Assembly (NCBI RefSeq): GCF_009914755.1 | Contig: NC_060934.1 | Strand: one strand, 5' to 3' | Source: the human T2T-CHM13v2.0 reference genome, Homo sapiens | Length of the DNA: 64,000 nucleotides | Shown here: positions 60,056-64,000 of the stretch, in pieces | How positions within the stretch are numbered: position 1 is the stretch's first letter | Layout: each line of letters opens with the position of its first letter | The notes under the pieces: model-generated | What the model saw: only the letters and a program-made list of their open reading frames with translations | Told to the model about the DNA's origin: nothing | Database searches by the model: none | Translations under genes and position numbers: made by a program

Positions 60056-61444
60056 TTAGGTAAATAATGAAATTAAGACAGAAATAAAGCAGTTCTTTGG
60101 AACCATTGAGAACAAAGACACAATATACCAGAATCTCTTGGACACAGCTAAAGCAGTGTTTAGAAGGAAATTTATAGCACTAAATGCCCTCAGGAGAAAA
60201 CTGGAAAGATCTAAAATGGACACACTAACATCACGATGAAAAGATCTAGAGAAGCAAGAGCAAACAAATTCAAAAGCTAGCAGAAGACAAGAAATAACTA
60301 AGATCAGAGCAGAAGTGAAGGAGATAGAGACACGAAAAACCCTTCCAAAAATCAGTGAATCCAGGAGCTGGTTTTTTGAAAAGATTAACAAAATAGATAG
60401 ACTGCTAGACAGACTACTTAAGAAGAAAAGAGAAAAGAATCAAATAGACACAATAAAAAATGATAAAGGGGATATCACTACTGATCCCACAGAAGTACAA
60501 ACTACCATCAGAGAATACTATAGACACCTCTACGCAAATAAACTAGAAAATCTAGAAGAAATGGATACATTGCTGGTCAGATACCCCCTCCCAAGACTAA
60601 ACCAGGAGGAAGTGAATCCCTGAATAGACCAATAACAAGTTCTGAAATTGAGGCAGTAATTAATAGCCTACCAACCAAAAAAAGCCCAGGACCAGATGGA
60701 TTCACAACTGAATTCTATCAGAGGTACAAAGAGGAGCTGTTGGTGGGAGTGTAAATTAGTTCAATCATTGTGGAAGACAGTGTGGCGATTCCTCAAGGAA
60801 CTAGAACCAGAAATACCATTTGGCCCAGCAATCCCATTACTGGGTATATACCCAAAGGATTATAAATCATGGTGCTATGAAGACACATGCACACATGTTT
60901 ATTACAGCACTGTTCACAATAGCAAAGACTTGGAACCAACCCAAATGCCCATCAGTGATAGACGGGATAAAGAAAATGTGGCACATAACCACCATGGAAT
61001 ACTATGCAGCCATAAAAAAGGATGAGTTCATGTCCTTTGCAGGGACATGGATAAATCTGGAAACCATCATTCTCAGTAAACTAACACAAGAACAGAAAAC
61101 CAAACACTGCATGTTCTCACTCATAAGTGGGAGTTGAACAATGAGAACACATGAACACAGGGAGGGGAGCATCACATACTGGGGCCTGTCAGGGGGTAGG
61201 GGACTAGGTGAGAGATAGCATTAGGAGAAATACCTAATGTAGATGACGGGTTGATGGGTACAGCAAACCACCATGGCATGTGTATACCTATGTAACAAAC
61301 CTGCGTGTTCTGCACATGTATCCCAGAACTTAAAGTACAATTAAAAAATAATAATAAAATTTTAAAAAGAAAAAGATTGCGTATTTCACATCTTCTTGAA
61401 TGTAAAACTGGGGGAAAATAATCTTTTTTAATGTGCATTAAAAC

Positions 61445-61762
61445 TTTTTTTTTTTTTTTTTTTTTTTGGGGGGGAGAAGGTCTCACTCTGTTGCCCTGGC
61501 TGGAGTGCAGCGGTATGATCACCGCTCACTGTGGCCTCAGCCTCACAGGCCCAAGTGATCCTCTCACTTCAGGCTCCAAGTATCTGGACTCAAAGGCGTG
61601 CACCACCACTCCCAGGTTTTGTTTTTTTTTTTTTTTTTTTGCAGAGACAGGGGGTTTTCTATGTTACTCAGGCTGTTTTCTAACTCCCAGCCTCAAGCAA
61701 TCCTCTTGCCTCAGGTTGCCAACGTGTTGGGATTACAGGCATGAGCCACTGTGCCTGACCCA
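61445..61762 (-). mobile_element. AluJ
   Basis: Antisense diverged dimer. Confidence 0.85.
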
Positions 61763-62319
61763 GTGAAACATTTTAGTGCAGAATAGTTGTGAATTTTTGA
61801 AATAGATAACCAAGAAAATTTAACTTCAGATATCACCTAGTTGTAAGTTATCTCTCCGTTTTGTCATTCAGGAATGGGTTTTCTGAGACTTTCTAAAGAA
61901 ATATATATTATCGTTCAGTTTGGCTTTGGAAATTTTATTATTGCCCTATATTTCTAGTAAAGTAATGTAGATCTAGTTTGATACAAACCATTCTATACAC
62001 TACACCGGTACTATCAGCTTTCACTTTTCACAGCTCCCAAAACAAATAAATAAAAGAAAATAGCTTTCTTTTCTATGCCGTTTCTTTCTGAAATAGTACT
62101 AATCTGCCTTACCTTTAATACTATCCCATAGACCCACCTAGTAGCTCTTCCCTTACGAGAGAGTTCTTTTGATCAGATAAGGTTTAATATGGAAAATAAA
62201 AAGAAATAATCATTTAAAACTTGACCAAAATATTTTAAAAACATACACATATATACTCTACCTTAACATATGGTGAAAAGCAATTTTTCCTAAAATATAT
62301 TCTATGAAAAAAAAATTTT

Positions 62320-63092
<773 letters not shown>

Positions 63093-64000
63093 AATCAGGC
63101 TCTCTGTAGTCAAAAGTCAAACATTTTTACTGCTAAAATAAGGCATTATTTTTTTTCCTTGCTTAATTGCCATGCCAACTTTTATTGGTTCTTTCCTGTC
63201 TCCCAATGAGTTAAAAAAGAAAAAAGTATCCAAATGTGTTCCCACCCCAACCCAAGCCTGTGATCACTTCTTTGTTTTTTTGCTTCCCTCTAAGGGTATT
63301 TCTCCCTATAATTATACTCACACTTTAAGAAGTAGGAGCCATTATACTTTATTTTCAAATTTCAAATTAGAAAGTGATTTGGGTTTGGAAGCTTGTTTCT
63401 GTCTCTGGCTATCCAACTGTTTCTCGGCTCCAAGATGTGAAACTGTTTCTTCACCCTAACGGCAAAAGGGCACCTGCTATTGAGCGTGCTTTGAGCGTTA
63501 TTCTCCCAATAGTACCCTAGATAGGTAAGACATTTTTGAAATCAAAAATAAACAAAAACTTCTTGTTGTGATTTCTCTGTGTACCAAAACATCCTCTTGA
63601 CATAAACTGTGTTATCCTAATGACACAGACAAACACAAATTATCTTCATTTGGGTTGCAGAGTTGGGGGTCATTTCTTGTGCTTATGAGCCTGCTATTCT
63701 GCAACTGTGAGATTTCAGACATGTTCAATTTGTGGATTTTATTTTTTATTACACACACATGTGTAGTATTATTGCTTGTAATACCTTGTATGAATATAAA
63801 AAGATTGTCATTTTTCAGGTGTATATTAACTTCATTAATTTTTTACAATTCAAATGATGGAGAGATTCCTATTGAAGGATACTTAGCTTTTTCTAATAAT
63901 TCAGTTATGATTTTATATTCAATGTAAATGATTTTGTCTCTCTGGGGCCAGATTATCCTATTTACCTTGACCCCCTACCATGACAATTTAAATACTGCAT

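Overview
Human (primate) genomic DNA, AT-rich and about half interspersed repeats. It contains one 109-bp + strand coding exon of adenosine kinase (ADK; 1802-1910, [36 protein letters not shown]), followed by more than 62 kb of a single large intron. The intron holds an antisense, near full-length RAB5C processed pseudogene (about 25971-27512), two rearranged L1PA elements, older L1M/L2/MIR/LTR remnants, Tigger1, Tigger2a, MER1B and MER63 DNA transposons, and about 30 Alus. It also has a repeat-free, motif-dense block at about 21.3-23.7 kb that looks like a developmental enhancer with a nearby CTCF site and a possible poison micro-exon. I see no new protein-coding system: almost all ORF-track entries are repeat-derived or chance ORFs. 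The best-supported unusual structures are (i) an L1 3'-transduction (about 83 bp of foreign DNA with its own AATAAA and poly(A), flanked by a 15-bp TSD) inside MER1B, (ii) a pristine 5'-truncated AluYa5-type insertion, (iii) a Tigger2 fragment patched into an Alu, (iv) an inverted and internally deleted L1 whose break overlaps the break of a second L1 54 kb away, and (v) two 30-nt in-frame deletions in the pseudogene. Repeat names and boundaries were judged by eye from remembered consensus sequences and are approximate.
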